DNA of 64,000 nt from a virus (IMGVR_UViG_3300005544_000005:5204-69203); one strand, 5' to 3'; shown: positions 28,829 to 38,798, counted from the stretch's first letter. A program made the numbers and translations. The notes: generated from the sequence alone by a model not told the origin.

Positions 28829-29754
28829 CGGCTATGTTACAACCTTTAACCTTAACCGATCCGATCGGCCCTAAAACCCCTGTTTTAGATCACGGATATA
28901 TCCAAGCAATCGAGGCTTGGGGGTGTGACGAGAGGATTATTGAAGCCGCACGAATGTCAACGGGAAAGGGGTTTCTAGGGTGGGGTAATTCTACCTATAT
29001 AGAGTGTCTTAACCCTAACGGATCGTGTGTCGGCTACTCATGGCAAACAAATTCATCCGAAAACGATGCTATAACCGAAAGAACAGATTTAGGGCTAGGA
29101 ATGCGGTGTCCGTTTTGTTCGGCTGTATTGGTTGTGAACAAGGCTAAGTCGCGCATAGGAGACGGAAAACTACTCCGTTACCTCTACGAACACAAACACG
29201 CCACGCCGTTCGAAATGGCTGGCCTAGTAATCGAAGTACAGGCGCCTATTTTCGTATTCCGCGAATGGCGCACACATCGAACGTGTACACAGACAGAAGA
29301 GGAGATGTTTTGGGACGACGCGTACAATGAGATGTCGGCACGTTACACACCATTACCATACCTGAATTATATCCCAACTATCGAACGATTGCTTATCAAT
29401 AGCAAATCAAATAAGCAAGCCGGAACGGTAAAAGGCGCCGAGGAATTAACCGAGGAAAAGGCGTTAGAATTTCAAGCCGCCCTCTCCTCCGAATATGAAT
29501 ATCAAGAGAAAATCTATCAAACCGCTCTAGCTAACGGCGTGCCTAAAGAACTCGCCCGTATTCACCTCCCTGTAGGCCGCTACTCTCGTATGCGAGCCTC
29601 AGCCAATCTCCGCAACTGGCTAGCCTTCCTCACTCTCCGCATGGACGCGGCGGCTCAATGGGAAATCCGCCAATATGCGAACGAAGTGGGTGTAATCATC
29701 TCGCAACTCTATCCGCGCACATGGGAATTATTCGTGGAGGATAAAAAGATATGA
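28825..29754 (+). CDS. thyX: Flavin-dependent thymidylate synthase
   Basis: KHATPFEM, FVFREWRTHR, NEMSARY, ELARIHLP, NLRNWLAFLTLR...AQWEIR. Confidence 0.9.
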   Translation: MTAMLQPLTLTDPIGPKTPVLDHGYIQAIEAWGCDERIIEAARMSTGKGFLGWGNSTYIECLNPNGSCVGYSWQTNSSENDAITERTDLGLGMRCPFCSAVLVVNKAKSRIGDGKLLRYLYEHKHATPFEMAGLVIEVQAPIFVFREWRTHRTCTQTEEEMFWDDAYNEMSARYTPLPYLNYIPTIERLLINSKSNKQAGTVKGAEELTEEKALEFQAALSSEYEYQEKIYQTALANGVPKELARIHLPVGRYSRMRASANLRNWLAFLTLRMDAAAQWEIRQYANEVGVIISQLYPRTWELFVEDKKI

Positions 29755-29984
29755 GCACGAGCGCTGTAGATCATCCGCCGCACTACAATCTCTCGCCGTC
29801 CGGTATCGAATGTATTGACGTTGTAGAACACATGAGTTTCAATGTCGGCAACGCCGTTAAATATCTGTGGCGGGCCGGTGTCAAATCAAGCGACCCTATC
29901 GAAGACCTTCGCAAGGCGGAGTGGTATGTGCGTAGAGAAATAAGGCGTCTGACATCCGATCAAACTAGCGAGGTGGGCCGATGA
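29751..29984 (+). CDS. DUF3310-like protein
   Basis: VDHPPHY, IECIDV, GNAVKYLWRAG, EDLRKAEWY. Confidence 0.85.
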   Translation: MSTSAVDHPPHYNLSPSGIECIDVVEHMSFNVGNAVKYLWRAGVKSSDPIEDLRKAEWYVRREIRRLTSDQTSEVGR

Positions 29985-30205
29985 AATTCCGCTTAGTCTG
30001 GTACGACACACCGCACGATAACAAGTATGAATCCCTGTGCGAAAATCGCTACGAATACTTCGGCGACCGTCAATCGATATGGCGACTATGGTTTGAGCTA
30101 GTCGAAGAACGAAGATGTAAGCACGTAGAGGTATATAATCTAGCCGGTGATCCCTGTGACATGTCAAAGGGCATTTACGGTGGAATGAGGGAGCGCGTAT
30201 TATGA
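29981..30205 (+). CDS. Hypothetical protein
   Basis: GAGG SD; overlap-coupled. Confidence 0.55.
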   Translation: MKFRLVWYDTPHDNKYESLCENRYEYFGDRQSIWRLWFELVEERRCKHVEVYNLAGDPCDMSKGIYGGMRERVL

Positions 30206-30423
30206 ACCGTATCAAAGACGACGGACGCACACGCGAGTGGTTGGATCTCGATGGCAACTTCCTTTTCGGCAAACACGGAGGAGAAGATGTTAACGACGTA
30301 GCTAGAAAAGATCCGGATTATCTCCGCTGGATACTAGAGACAGTCGAAAACATGCGTGATGACGATAGTGAGACTATTCAAGGCGCACTCGACTTCGCCG
30401 CACGCGGCAAGAGAGACCGGTAA
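30202..30423 (+). CDS. DUF3820-like small protein
   Basis: FGKHGGEDV..V..KDPDYLRW. Confidence 0.65.
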   Translation: MNRIKDDGRTREWLDLDGNFLFGKHGGEDVNDVARKDPDYLRWILETVENMRDDDSETIQGALDFAARGKRDR

Positions 30424-30433
30424 CGGTTGGTAT

Positions 30434-31087
30434 ATGGCATACTTAGGTCCTAGTCGTAACGCCGTCATCGGTGAAGGTGTCGATTCCAACCCACGACCTT
30501 ATATTAAGTCTGAGTCGGAGTCGTCACCTGTCACCACCATACCCGACCCTGACCCTATTCCCTCTATAATCCCCCTACCGGACGACAACGACCACGGTTA
30601 CAACCTAACCCACCTTGAATATCGCATCCTTCAAACACTCCTCACTCGTCCACTTGGCGAGGGTATTCCGTCTGTCGCCAAACGAGCCCACACGTCCGTC
30701 CTATGCATCAAGCGTGCGTTATCTAATCCGGTATTCTCGGCGGCCTTGCAGCGTGAAGTTGAACTCGACCTAGGCTCGCACCGTCCGATTGTCGCCGCCG
30801 AATTACTCCGTATCGCTACGACTCCGTCCCACCCTAGACAGCTTCAAGCTATCGAAACCTATTTCCAGCGTCTAGACGGGCTGAAAATCGACGTTAACGT
30901 AACCGGGCCGAGCGACCGTTTTCCGTGGCACGTACTGAGTATAGAGACCCGGCGGCGAGTGTTAGAGGAACTAGAGATAGCGGCCGCGGCAGGTAAGACA
31001 GACACAGGGTTGATACGTACATTATCATCGTCATACGAAGACGGTGTCCATACCGATAACATTATAGACGCCGAACTAAGCAAGTGA
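30434..31087 (+). CDS. HTH protein, candidate terminase small subunit
   Basis: IPSVAKRAHTSVLCIKRALSNPVF HTH followed by helical segment and KIDVNVTG. Confidence 0.5.
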   Translation: MAYLGPSRNAVIGEGVDSNPRPYIKSESESSPVTTIPDPDPIPSIIPLPDDNDHGYNLTHLEYRILQTLLTRPLGEGIPSVAKRAHTSVLCIKRALSNPVFSAALQREVELDLGSHRPIVAAELLRIATTPSHPRQLQAIETYFQRLDGLKIDVNVTGPSDRFPWHVLSIETRRRVLEELEIAAAAGKTDTGLIRTLSSSYEDGVHTDNIIDAELSK

Positions 31088-31226
31088 GCGATAACTTATA
31101 TCTTACGCTCCACTCTCCCTCTATCCCCTCTCCTCGACCTATGTTAACCTACTGACTGCACTTATCTTACGATCCTATGGCCTACCTTTCGCATCGTGGT
31201 AGTTACGAACTTCCTCTACACCTCTT

Positions 31227-32240
31227 TTGACCGGAGGCTGTCACGTGGCATTGCGCTCGCACCGCTCGAATGTCCTACCGTTTAATAACCTTGATAGCCA
31301 AAGTTCACATGACGAAGATGCCGTAAACACACTGGACGATGATGCCGTAAAACCTCGTATAGGCCCTCTGTCAGGACCTCTGGCCGAAGCACTCGGTGCC
31401 ATTCTACAATCCCACACAGTCTCCCCTGTCACAACCCCGCCACTCGCCGAAAACGTCCACCCTCCGATGCCGACAGGCGCCGTGTCATGGTCAATGCCGC
31501 AACCGTTGCCGTCTGTAGGACCACCACCCTCGCCACCTCCCGCCCCTCGCCGTTTAGTCAGTCGCCGACAATCCACCATATCGCACACCCCTATCTCCAT
31601 GGTGGATGTGGACGATTCCACCGCCAACCCCGTTCCGTATAGCCTACTACACGAGGTTATCGTCAACCGCGACCTATACACAGCCGACGACAAAGCACAC
31701 ACTGTCAAAGTCTACGACTACCCCTCAACGATTAAAAACGCTCTCTCTCGTGTAGTCTACACAGTCGCTGACCCCTCCCACCGTCCCACACAAAGTCTCC
31801 TTCTCGTCTGCGCTATCCATCATGGCCTAGACGTATTAGAACTCGATAACGTCACAGAGTCGATGGACGATTTCCGCGCACGTCTATGTGGCCCGTCTTC
31901 CGGCTGGCTACCAGAGCGATACTATCAACAATTTGCTACGTGGATAGACAACCTCCCCATTCGGCCGGAATCATACGGCGACCGCACATCGATATTACAA
32001 CTCCGACTGCCCGAAGGTATTTACAACCGTGTGTGCAAATTGGCAGGGGTACTAGGAACGCCGCTATCAACTATTGTGATAGTGAGCGCTATGGCAGGAC
32101 TAGCTAGCCAGGACAATCTGCGCGAGTACGTCGATATGTTTAGCTCGGCCGTGTCTAGGTTCAGATCACTAGTGCGGGTTAGACTGGCTATGTATAGAGC
32201 AATGTTGACGGCGTTGGAGAGTGAGTACAACAGCCGTTAA
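31227..32240 (+). CDS. Hypothetical protein with Pro-rich N-terminus
   Basis: 337-aa ORF; start codon uncertain. Confidence 0.55.
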   Translation: MTGGCHVALRSHRSNVLPFNNLDSQSSHDEDAVNTLDDDAVKPRIGPLSGPLAEALGAILQSHTVSPVTTPPLAENVHPPMPTGAVSWSMPQPLPSVGPPPSPPPAPRRLVSRRQSTISHTPISMVDVDDSTANPVPYSLLHEVIVNRDLYTADDKAHTVKVYDYPSTIKNALSRVVYTVADPSHRPTQSLLLVCAIHHGLDVLELDNVTESMDDFRARLCGPSSGWLPERYYQQFATWIDNLPIRPESYGDRTSILQLRLPEGIYNRVCKLAGVLGTPLSTIVIVSAMAGLASQDNLREYVDMFSSAVSRFRSLVRVRLAMYRAMLTALESEYNSR

Positions 32241-32243
32241 ATG

Positions 32244-32477
32244 TTATTCGATATCATCACCGCCGCCTAGCGCAAAGCCTAGCGCAAAGTCAAGCGACTC
32301 TTTTATTATAGCTTGTTCAAACTCTTCTGCCTCTATTATCTCCGCTATACATTTGCCGCGACTCCATGGACCATCCGCGTCCGCAATGATTCGCAACTGT
32401 CTGATAGTGTAAGGGGCATCACACAGTCGCTCTATACGGCCTAGCATGTTCTGGAATGCGTTAGTCGAGTCGCTCAT
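32244..32477 (-). CDS. Hypothetical protein
   Basis: ATGA overlap with upstream gene. Confidence 0.55.
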   Translation of the reverse strand: MSDSTNAFQNMLGRIERLCDAPYTIRQLRIIADADGPWSRGKCIAEIIEAEEFEQAIIKESLDFALGFALGGGDDIE

Positions 32478-33268
32478 ATACGCTCTCCTATCTTCTTATC
32501 CGGCGCTACTAGCCCGCCCCTAGCCTTACCGCCGATATTAACCTTGTCGCCGTGGCTATAACCTGAGTCATAACCATCATCGGACGATACTCTGCTATTC
32601 AATGGCGCCGGTCTCAATCCGAGATCTTTCTGCGCTTCCGCAATCGCAACCTTGCGCTTGTCTAGCACGATTAAAGCACCGCCTGTCGCCGTTTTCATAC
32701 CGGCATAGTACTCCTCTATGATCCTAGTTGCTACACGCGCCGCACATCCCAGTCTAAACGAATTCTTCCAAGCCGATCTTCCTCGACCCGATTCGTTACC
32801 CTCATCCATCATAAAATACGGATCATACTCTTTGCGCCAACGATATTCATTATCCGCGGCGTCTGATATCTGTCTGCAAATCATATCTTGCAGATATTTG
32901 AACGCTTCTAGGTCGCCCCTGCGTCCTGTCGCTCTGATCTGCCCACCGTATGTGAACATTTTACAGCCGCATACCGTCTGCAATGCCCTAGCGATCCTCA
33001 TTCGCCACGCAATGCGATGTCCCTTGACCTTACCATCTATTTCACCGTGTGATATATCCAACCTCTCTTCCTCGCCGGCCAGGTCGATGATAGTAGCCTC
33101 ATCTATATTATACTCCATCATCAATTTGGCAGCGGCAGCGGCAGCGTTGGACGCCTCGCCCTCTGTCGTATTCGAGCGGTCGCGGTCGGCTAACGCTAAG
33201 AACTTGCGGATGCGGTCGATTACTTTACTACTTACACCTGTCGTCTGCCCACTCCGTACTGTTCCCAT
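32474..33268 (-). CDS. DUF2786-domain protein
   Basis: KVIDRIRKFLALA...EGEASNAAAAAAKLMMEYNI; NSFRLG. Confidence 0.8.
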   Translation of the reverse strand: MGTVRSGQTTGVSSKVIDRIRKFLALADRDRSNTTEGEASNAAAAAAKLMMEYNIDEATIIDLAGEEERLDISHGEIDGKVKGHRIAWRMRIARALQTVCGCKMFTYGGQIRATGRRGDLEAFKYLQDMICRQISDAADNEYRWRKEYDPYFMMDEGNESGRGRSAWKNSFRLGCAARVATRIIEEYYAGMKTATGGALIVLDKRKVAIAEAQKDLGLRPAPLNSRVSSDDGYDSGYSHGDKVNIGGKARGGLVAPDKKIGERI

Positions 33269-33317
33269 TTGTGCGGCCCCTTTCAATTAGTATAACACAC
33301 TCATAAACTTTTTGTTT

Positions 33318-33578
33318 CTAGATATCGAGGATAGCGTTCTCCGCGAGGAGCGCACGTCTGGCTGATTCTAAAAGAGGGCGATCGATTTCGAAGAATTCAT
33401 CTAGTAGACTGTCCAGCGATCGATGGGCCTTCCAAGACCATTCGAGAGCGGCATTAGGGCCACTCGTTGCGTCTTCGATGAATTCTTCGATTGCATACCT
33501 TTCGACGGCGTGTGAGGCCCATTTTTCGAGTTCTGCGGTCTCTTCAGGTGTCATTGGATCTGTGCCCCTTTCGCTCAA
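33318..33578 (-). CDS. Hypothetical protein
   Basis: Overlap-coupled. Confidence 0.5.
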   Translation of the reverse strand: MSERGTDPMTPEETAELEKWASHAVERYAIEEFIEDATSGPNAALEWSWKAHRSLDSLLDEFFEIDRPLLESARRALLAENAILDI

Positions 33579-33871
33579 GAATACAATGCGCTTACGAACT
33601 CTTTGATATAACCAGCTATGACGACCTTATCCGTGGTCTTACTCGGCGTACACAACCTCTCCCACTCATCTTGTGTAAACGACAGTCTCACTTCCACTCT
33701 ACCAACACCTCTCCGCTCGCGCCACTTCCTCCGCAACCTTTCAACGGCATTCGGCGTACCGATACGTCTGGCTACTTCTATACACGCGGCACGTGCGCTA
33801 TAACCGTCGTCGCGGACGAGGCTGGCAATGGTGTCGAGGTTGATATCGTCGTTGATTGGTAGGCGGCTCAT
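33575..33871 (-). CDS. Hypothetical protein, possible DNA binder
   Basis: GAGAG SD; helical basic sequence. Confidence 0.5.
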   Translation of the reverse strand: MSRLPINDDINLDTIASLVRDDGYSARAACIEVARRIGTPNAVERLRRKWRERRGVGRVEVRLSFTQDEWERLCTPSKTTDKVVIAGYIKEFVSALYS

Positions 33872-34003
33872 TACGAATCACTCTCTTTCGCCGGCATAGT
33901 GCTCCATAGCCTCAGCCTTGGCACACCACTTACAACAAGCTGGGCTAGCATAATGGTGAAATCGCTCCGGGCCTTGAACTTCATACCCGCTAAAGATAAC
34001 CCT

Positions 34004-34357
34004 TTAAGTAACACTCTTCTTTGTTATATTGTGGATGAGGTTTTCCGTTCCTGCCTTGCTTATAACCTCGTTCGTAGCGCCACCCGTCCCACGCTTCAGC
34101 CCCAAGTCTTTCATCGCCTTGGTGCGCTCGCGAGCATTGCGGTTGCGACGTTGACGGCTGGCCTCACGGCGAATAAGCTTAGCTTCCGGCTCGGAAATAG
34201 GGTCAATAGTACGAAGTACAGTAGATCTATTTACGTTGCCTACCTCGAATAGGTGTGGAAGGAGTCGTACTTCGCCGTTTGTCTCGATCTGGTACCGTAC
34301 ACCCTGGTACGTCACGCGGCACGGTGTGCAGTGGATTGGAGGCTTAGGTGTAGTCAT
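34004..34357 (-). CDS. Hypothetical basic protein
   Basis: GGGGAA SD. Confidence 0.55.
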   Translation of the reverse strand: MTTPKPPIHCTPCRVTYQGVRYQIETNGEVRLLPHLFEVGNVNRSTVLRTIDPISEPEAKLIRREASRQRRNRNARERTKAMKDLGLKRGTGGATNEVISKAGTENLIHNITKKSVT

Positions 34358-34384
34358 GGCTTTAATTCCCCTGTCACAATTATT

Positions 34385-34582
34385 TTACATAATCTTACTG
34401 CTGTATTCGATGCCGGTGGCTTCTTTGAATCCGCGCCGATAGTAATCGTCAACCGGTTCGACGTCGTCCCAAGACTCCCAATACCCCAAACCGCGATTGT
34501 ACAAGAGACCGTCCTCGAAGCCGTTAAGGTAACTCTGGTGATTCATCTCATTCTCGTAATCCAGTGCGATTTTGGTAGTCAT
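34385..34582 (-). CDS. Hypothetical protein
   Basis: GAGGAG SD downstream of minus-strand promoter. Confidence 0.6.
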   Translation of the reverse strand: MTTKIALDYENEMNHQSYLNGFEDGLLYNRGLGYWESWDDVEPVDDYYRRGFKEATGIEYSSKIM

Positions 34583-34620
34583 TTTGTATCTCCTCTTCGG
34601 TGTCGTCTCTCAATAACCAG

Positions 34621-34701
34621 ACTCTAACCCGGGTCGCGACCCACTGTCAACCCCTAAGACGGGTTTCAACCAAGACTTTACAAATGAAAGTGGGGCGTAA
34701 G
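34621..34701 (-). promoter_or_regulatory. sigma70-like promoter with conserved upstream motif
   Basis: Minus strand CTTACGCCCCACTTTCATTTGTAAAGTCTT...TTGACA-18-TAGAGT. Confidence 0.8.
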
Positions 34702-34794
34702 ACCAGCGAGGGTGGGTCCCTAGAGGAACACGCGCCCGCATAGCAATAATCGTGCCAGCCGGCGAGGAATAGCGTGGCCGTCCTATTTAGAGGA

Positions 34795-34860
34795 CATTTG
34801 TAAAGTCTTAGCCCGATCTCATCCCGCCCTATTGACAGCCGTTATAACCCATGGCATAGT
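34795..34860 (+). promoter_or_regulatory. sigma70-like promoter, probably leaderless
   Basis: CATTTGTAAAGTCTT; TTGACA 34832-17-CATAGT; ATG 6 nt later. Confidence 0.8.
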
Positions 34861-34866
34861 ACGTTT

Positions 34867-35079
34867 ATGGCAACCGAGATGACAACGACAGCGACCGAGA
34901 CGGCCACGACCACTCCGGCTTATACCATCCTCACGGTTCCTAGTACCGCCCGTGTCTGGTACACCTATACCTATATGGGTAAGGACGGCCGGCAGCATCA
35001 ATCCACCGTCGTCCACCCCGACCGCGCCTATGTGGTGCGGCTGGCGAAGCGCACCGCGGCGGATATGGTGGCGGCATGA
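34867..35079 (+). CDS. Small early-type hypothetical protein
   Basis: ATG at predicted TSS. Confidence 0.6.
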   Translation: MATEMTTTATETATTTPAYTILTVPSTARVWYTYTYMGKDGRQHQSTVVHPDRAYVVRLAKRTAADMVAA

Positions 35080-35261
35080 TCGAGGACGCGGACCTCCGCC
35101 ATCTGGCCAATTGGCTAGACCGTGAATATGGCGGTACCAGGCCGCGCGCCGAATACGACCGCGTCAAGGACCTAATCCTCTCCATGCTGGTAGACTACCC
35201 TGATATGGTTAACCGGCCGTGGGGTGAAGTACTGGCACTAGCGGAGCGGAGAGAGGGGTAA
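35076..35261 (+). CDS. Hypothetical protein
   Basis: ATGA overlap. Confidence 0.55.
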   Translation: MIEDADLRHLANWLDREYGGTRPRAEYDRVKDLILSMLVDYPDMVNRPWGEVLALAERREG

Positions 35262-35269
35262 TCATACAA

Positions 35270-35467
35270 ATGAATGCTACTGTCCACTTGACCATGTCTG
35301 AAACTGGCGATTGGTACAATTGTACGCACGAATGGACCATCTACGGCGACTTCGAGTTAGGCGACGTCCCCGGTGCTGGACCGCGCGAGGAGGTTGTGTG
35401 CGTCAAGTGCGGTTGCCCGGGTGAGCGATACACGGAAACCGGCGAGGTTGAATGGCCGACGACGTAA
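35270..35467 (+). CDS. Hypothetical protein (CxxC)
   Basis: GAGGGG SD. Confidence 0.55.
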   Translation: MNATVHLTMSETGDWYNCTHEWTIYGDFELGDVPGAGPREEVVCVKCGCPGERYTETGEVEWPTT

Positions 35468-35491
35468 AAGGGGCCATAGCCGATAGCCGCA

Positions 35492-35561
35492 CTTACGCCC
35501 CACTTTCATTTGTAAAGCCTTGCTTCGCCCTCTTGACTGGATCGCGACCCACTGCTAGAGT
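35492..35561 (+). promoter_or_regulatory. sigma70-like promoter, probably leaderless
   Basis: 30-bp motif; TTGACT 35533-17-TAGAGT; ATG 6 nt later. Confidence 0.85.
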
Positions 35562-35567
35562 CTAACC

Positions 35568-35831
35568 ATGGCAACCAACAACGGACACGACCACGGCTAC
35601 CACAGCGACACCATCGACCGCCGTACCGTCGATACCCCTACCCCTTGGCAACGTAATCCGCTCAACGTTCGCACTGACACCGGTTTTCTAGTCCAATACT
35701 GGCGCGACGGCGACATGATTACGGCTGTGTCATCGGCCGCCGCGCAGGATCTAGTCCGTCGCGGCAAAGCGTTCGTTATCACCTCGTACGCCATCGGTGC
35801 GTTAGACGAAAAAGGAAGGTTGGCGTCATGA
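35568..35831 (+). CDS. Hypothetical protein
   Basis: ATG at predicted TSS. Confidence 0.6.
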   Translation: MATNNGHDHGYHSDTIDRRTVDTPTPWQRNPLNVRTDTGFLVQYWRDGDMITAVSSAAAQDLVRRGKAFVITSYAIGALDEKGRLAS

Positions 35832-36130
35832 GAGAGAGCAAGACCGGGACCATTACCGCCGAAGAGCCCAACCCGCTAGCGGAGCCTGTCTCGTCGCCGC
35901 GCTCAACCGGCCATATCGCATTCGACGGTCCGCACGAATACTTCATATCACTAGGCGCAATCTACCGCGCGCGCACGTCTGACAGTATCATCGGCGGCCC
36001 CGGCGGCCCCGGCCACCGTCCAGCACAATACGTCTGTGCCACGTCCGACGTCTATTACGACCGTCCTAGTACAGATAGACTACTGCCTGAAACAGTCCTC
36101 GAAGTCATCCGCCGCACGATGGGCGTCTAA
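35828..36130 (+). CDS. Hypothetical protein
   Basis: GGAAGG SD; ATGA overlap. Confidence 0.55.
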   Translation: MRESKTGTITAEEPNPLAEPVSSPRSTGHIAFDGPHEYFISLGAIYRARTSDSIIGGPGGPGHRPAQYVCATSDVYYDRPSTDRLLPETVLEVIRRTMGV

Positions 36131-36147
36131 ACCAAAGCTAACCACGC

Positions 36148-36195
36148 TTACGCCCCACTTCGCCTATTGACACTCTAACCGGCTTAGTCTATACT
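36148..36195 (+). promoter_or_regulatory. sigma70-like promoter with truncated motif
   Basis: CTTACGCCCCACTT; TTGACA-17-TATACT. Confidence 0.8.
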
Positions 36196-36204
36196 CTAAC
36201 CATC

Positions 36205-36396
36205 ATGAGAACCGAGACAGACACGACACTGAAAACCAAGGTAAGCGAACTAATCGAATACGTCTATAACCTACCGCACCCGGGCGCAACAACGGCGGCA
36301 CTTGAAGCCGCAAATGAGTATGCAGCCTTGACGGCTACGACTTTAGAATTTAGGTGCGACGGTGCTATGCTCTTCAAAAAGGTCAACAAGTCATGA
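36205..36396 (+). CDS. Hypothetical protein
   Basis: Directly after promoter. Confidence 0.5.
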   Translation: MRTETDTTLKTKVSELIEYVYNLPHPGATTAALEAANEYAALTATTLEFRCDGAMLFKKVNKS

Positions 36397-36707
36397 GCGT
36401 CTCTACTAGACGCACCGTCACCCGCACGTCTACCCCGTCCTCTTCGTGGATCTCCTCTCTCGTCTACGTCCGCGGCGGATCTCGCGGCCAGGACCGCTAT
36501 CTTGCCATCATCCCATCCGACTGTGACGACTGTGTCCTCCTCTACGGCGGGCCTACGACCCCCATTCCGCCATGGCTGCCGGGGTTAATCGCTGCTGGGA
36601 CCGGACGCAGATCTCCCGGTCTCGCTTACAACCGCCTAGTCAAAGGCAAATACGACTATACACGCGTGGACCGTGCGCAGTTTGAACGCGCATTGATGCA
36701 CGTGTAG
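36393..36707 (+). CDS. Hypothetical protein, weakly KTSC-like
   Basis: SSSWISSLVY...SPGLAYNRLVKGKY recalls KTSC (SSxIxSVGY...SxGxYFNxxIK). Confidence 0.5.
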   Translation: MSVSTRRTVTRTSTPSSSWISSLVYVRGGSRGQDRYLAIIPSDCDDCVLLYGGPTTPIPPWLPGLIAAGTGRRSPGLAYNRLVKGKYDYTRVDRAQFERALMHV

Positions 36708-36740
36708 AGAAGTATCGAAACGGATTGAAGGAGAATAAAG

Positions 36741-36965
36741 ATGGAAGTCTACGACACAGGCCATTGGGCCTACCTCAGACATGACGGCGTGACACTCTTA
36801 GCAGTCACTCTGGACGGCGATTCTATCGAAGGCAAACGCGCACCGGATGCGGACGCCCGAGTAGCCCTACTCGCCAAACTCGGCGCGCTCTTAGTGGACT
36901 ACGGTCACTTCGAGCCACTGTCCACAATACCCATACAACGCAGTCCGGGACACTACTCGTCTTGA
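36741..36965 (+). CDS. Hypothetical protein
   Basis: AAGGAG SD. Confidence 0.6.
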   Translation: MEVYDTGHWAYLRHDGVTLLAVTLDGDSIEGKRAPDADARVALLAKLGALLVDYGHFEPLSTIPIQRSPGHYSS

Positions 36966-37022
36966 CATCGAATTAGACGGCCAAACAAACACAAAACCAC
37001 GTTTATAGAGAGGTGTACGACA

Positions 37023-37562
37023 GTGCCCAAAATAAACCACGTCGCCAGCGCCAAACTCCCCACCGCATGTGACAAGTGCGGCGCGTCTATCCCATCCGGC
37101 TCCCCTTATCAATGGACCAAATCACGTCACGGCAACAAACGCGTGCGGTGTGTCAAATTCTCTTGCCGCTTCCGTCCCACCGATCTCAGTACAGCCAAAA
37201 CGGCTCGAATCTATGAGGCAATCGAGGACGCTGAAGATCTAATCGCTACAGCGTCCGACTACGAATCTATCCAATCCAGCCTCAACGACGTAGCCAATGT
37301 CGCTCGCGACGTAGCCACTGAGTACCAGGACGCCAGCAGCGCTTGGGCAAGCGGATCGAACGATGCCTTTGATGAAAAGGCCGACATATGTGAGAGTTTC
37401 GCCGACGACTTGGAGAGCTGGGAGTACACCGGCCCGTGTGACGAGGACGAAGCGAGGAAATGTGCGGCTGAATTCTGTGAAGATGAGAATGAGATGTGGG
37501 ATATTGCGCTAACGGAAATGAGAGAGGAAGCTATTAGCCTTCTCAACGAGTTCTCAGTATAA
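37023..37562 (+). CDS. Hypothetical protein, N-terminal Cys motif and acidic C-terminus
   Basis: GAGAGG SD; CDKC. Confidence 0.65.
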   Translation: MPKINHVASAKLPTACDKCGASIPSGSPYQWTKSRHGNKRVRCVKFSCRFRPTDLSTAKTARIYEAIEDAEDLIATASDYESIQSSLNDVANVARDVATEYQDASSAWASGSNDAFDEKADICESFADDLESWEYTGPCDEDEARKCAAEFCEDENEMWDIALTEMREEAISLLNEFSV

Positions 37563-37856
37563 AACCTGCATTTTGTGTATAAGTGGGGTGGATGAATGTT
37601 AGCGGAACATTTCTGGGCGGGTGTGGCTCGACATGGGCAGAATCCGGTTCGGCATGCCGTCGATACACCGATGATCCACGGTCTAGGCTATAAGGCATTA
37701 TGTGGGGTACTTGTCGCCGGCTTGAACGGTCAAAGGTTCGGAGAGAACCATCCGCGCGCATGTCCCAAGTGTATACGTCTCACACGCGGAGCTGTACAAT
37801 CTACAACGCCCACATCCGGTGGCGACGAATTCGGCAAGTTCTAAAGCCATAAAGGT

Positions 37857-38798
37857 GTGTCAAAAGGAGTGCTACCCGTGTGGAATTACATTCTCGGCTT
37901 CATCGTCACCATCACCCTATTCTTAGTCGTCTGTTACTTTGCCGCTCTCTTCACTAGTCTACCTAGCCGTCTGCGATCTCTCTCTATTGCCGCCGACAAC
38001 CACGACCAACCCGCCCTAGCCGAGTGCCTTGTCCGTCTAGGCGCACTGTGGGAAGTAGGACTAGTCGATAACGCGCTCGAAGCACTGAACCGTGTCGATA
38101 GACCCGACGACCTATCGCTATACTCATTGCACGCACGGTGCGGTAAAGCCTTGCCACATCCTGGCACTGTTGAGCGTGCGGTGTTCCGTGACGGTTGCCT
38201 AGTTGGTTATATACAATCCGGCAACCTCCTCGGCAGCGGTATCGACGAGTACAGAGCAGTAGACATAGGCGATGCTACATTCCTCAAGCGCAACTCTTAT
38301 TGGATAACCTACGACAAAGACAGCGTACTAGCACAACTTCCATCACACGTTTTCCGTCTGGCTACCTTACTACTTACTATACTGTTTCTAAGCTCGCCTA
38401 CCACGTCCCAGGCACAACAAATCTTCGCCCCGTCCTCTCTCAGCCAATACGGCCACATCGCCAGCCACATCGCCATACGCCCGGGCTCTTCCGTCTGTTC
38501 CATCGGCTATATCGAATCCATTCACAACGAACGTGACGGCGACATTCACGTGTGGCTGTGTGAATCTCCGTCTCCGCTATACCCCTCTACCGTCAAACTC
38601 ACAATGGCCGACCGTCGTCACAGTTGCATCTTAGGTGAGATAGTTCCATCTAACCCACTGCCACAGCCGACCAAGCACGCCCACGTCATCATGTGCGGCA
38701 ATTGGATCGATGAAGACATCGCGCACAAATGGACAGAGCTACACCCGGTTACGTCTATCGAATCCATCGCACCACAACAACCAGCTAAACTCCGCTAA
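37857..38798 (+). CDS. Membrane-anchored protein with C-terminal OB-fold-like domain
   Basis: N-terminal TM; internal signal-like segment; ERDGDIHVWL...WTELHPV. Confidence 0.5.
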   Translation: MSKGVLPVWNYILGFIVTITLFLVVCYFAALFTSLPSRLRSLSIAADNHDQPALAECLVRLGALWEVGLVDNALEALNRVDRPDDLSLYSLHARCGKALPHPGTVERAVFRDGCLVGYIQSGNLLGSGIDEYRAVDIGDATFLKRNSYWITYDKDSVLAQLPSHVFRLATLLLTILFLSSPTTSQAQQIFAPSSLSQYGHIASHIAIRPGSSVCSIGYIESIHNERDGDIHVWLCESPSPLYPSTVKLTMADRRHSCILGEIVPSNPLPQPTKHAHVIMCGNWIDEDIAHKWTELHPVTSIESIAPQQPAKLR

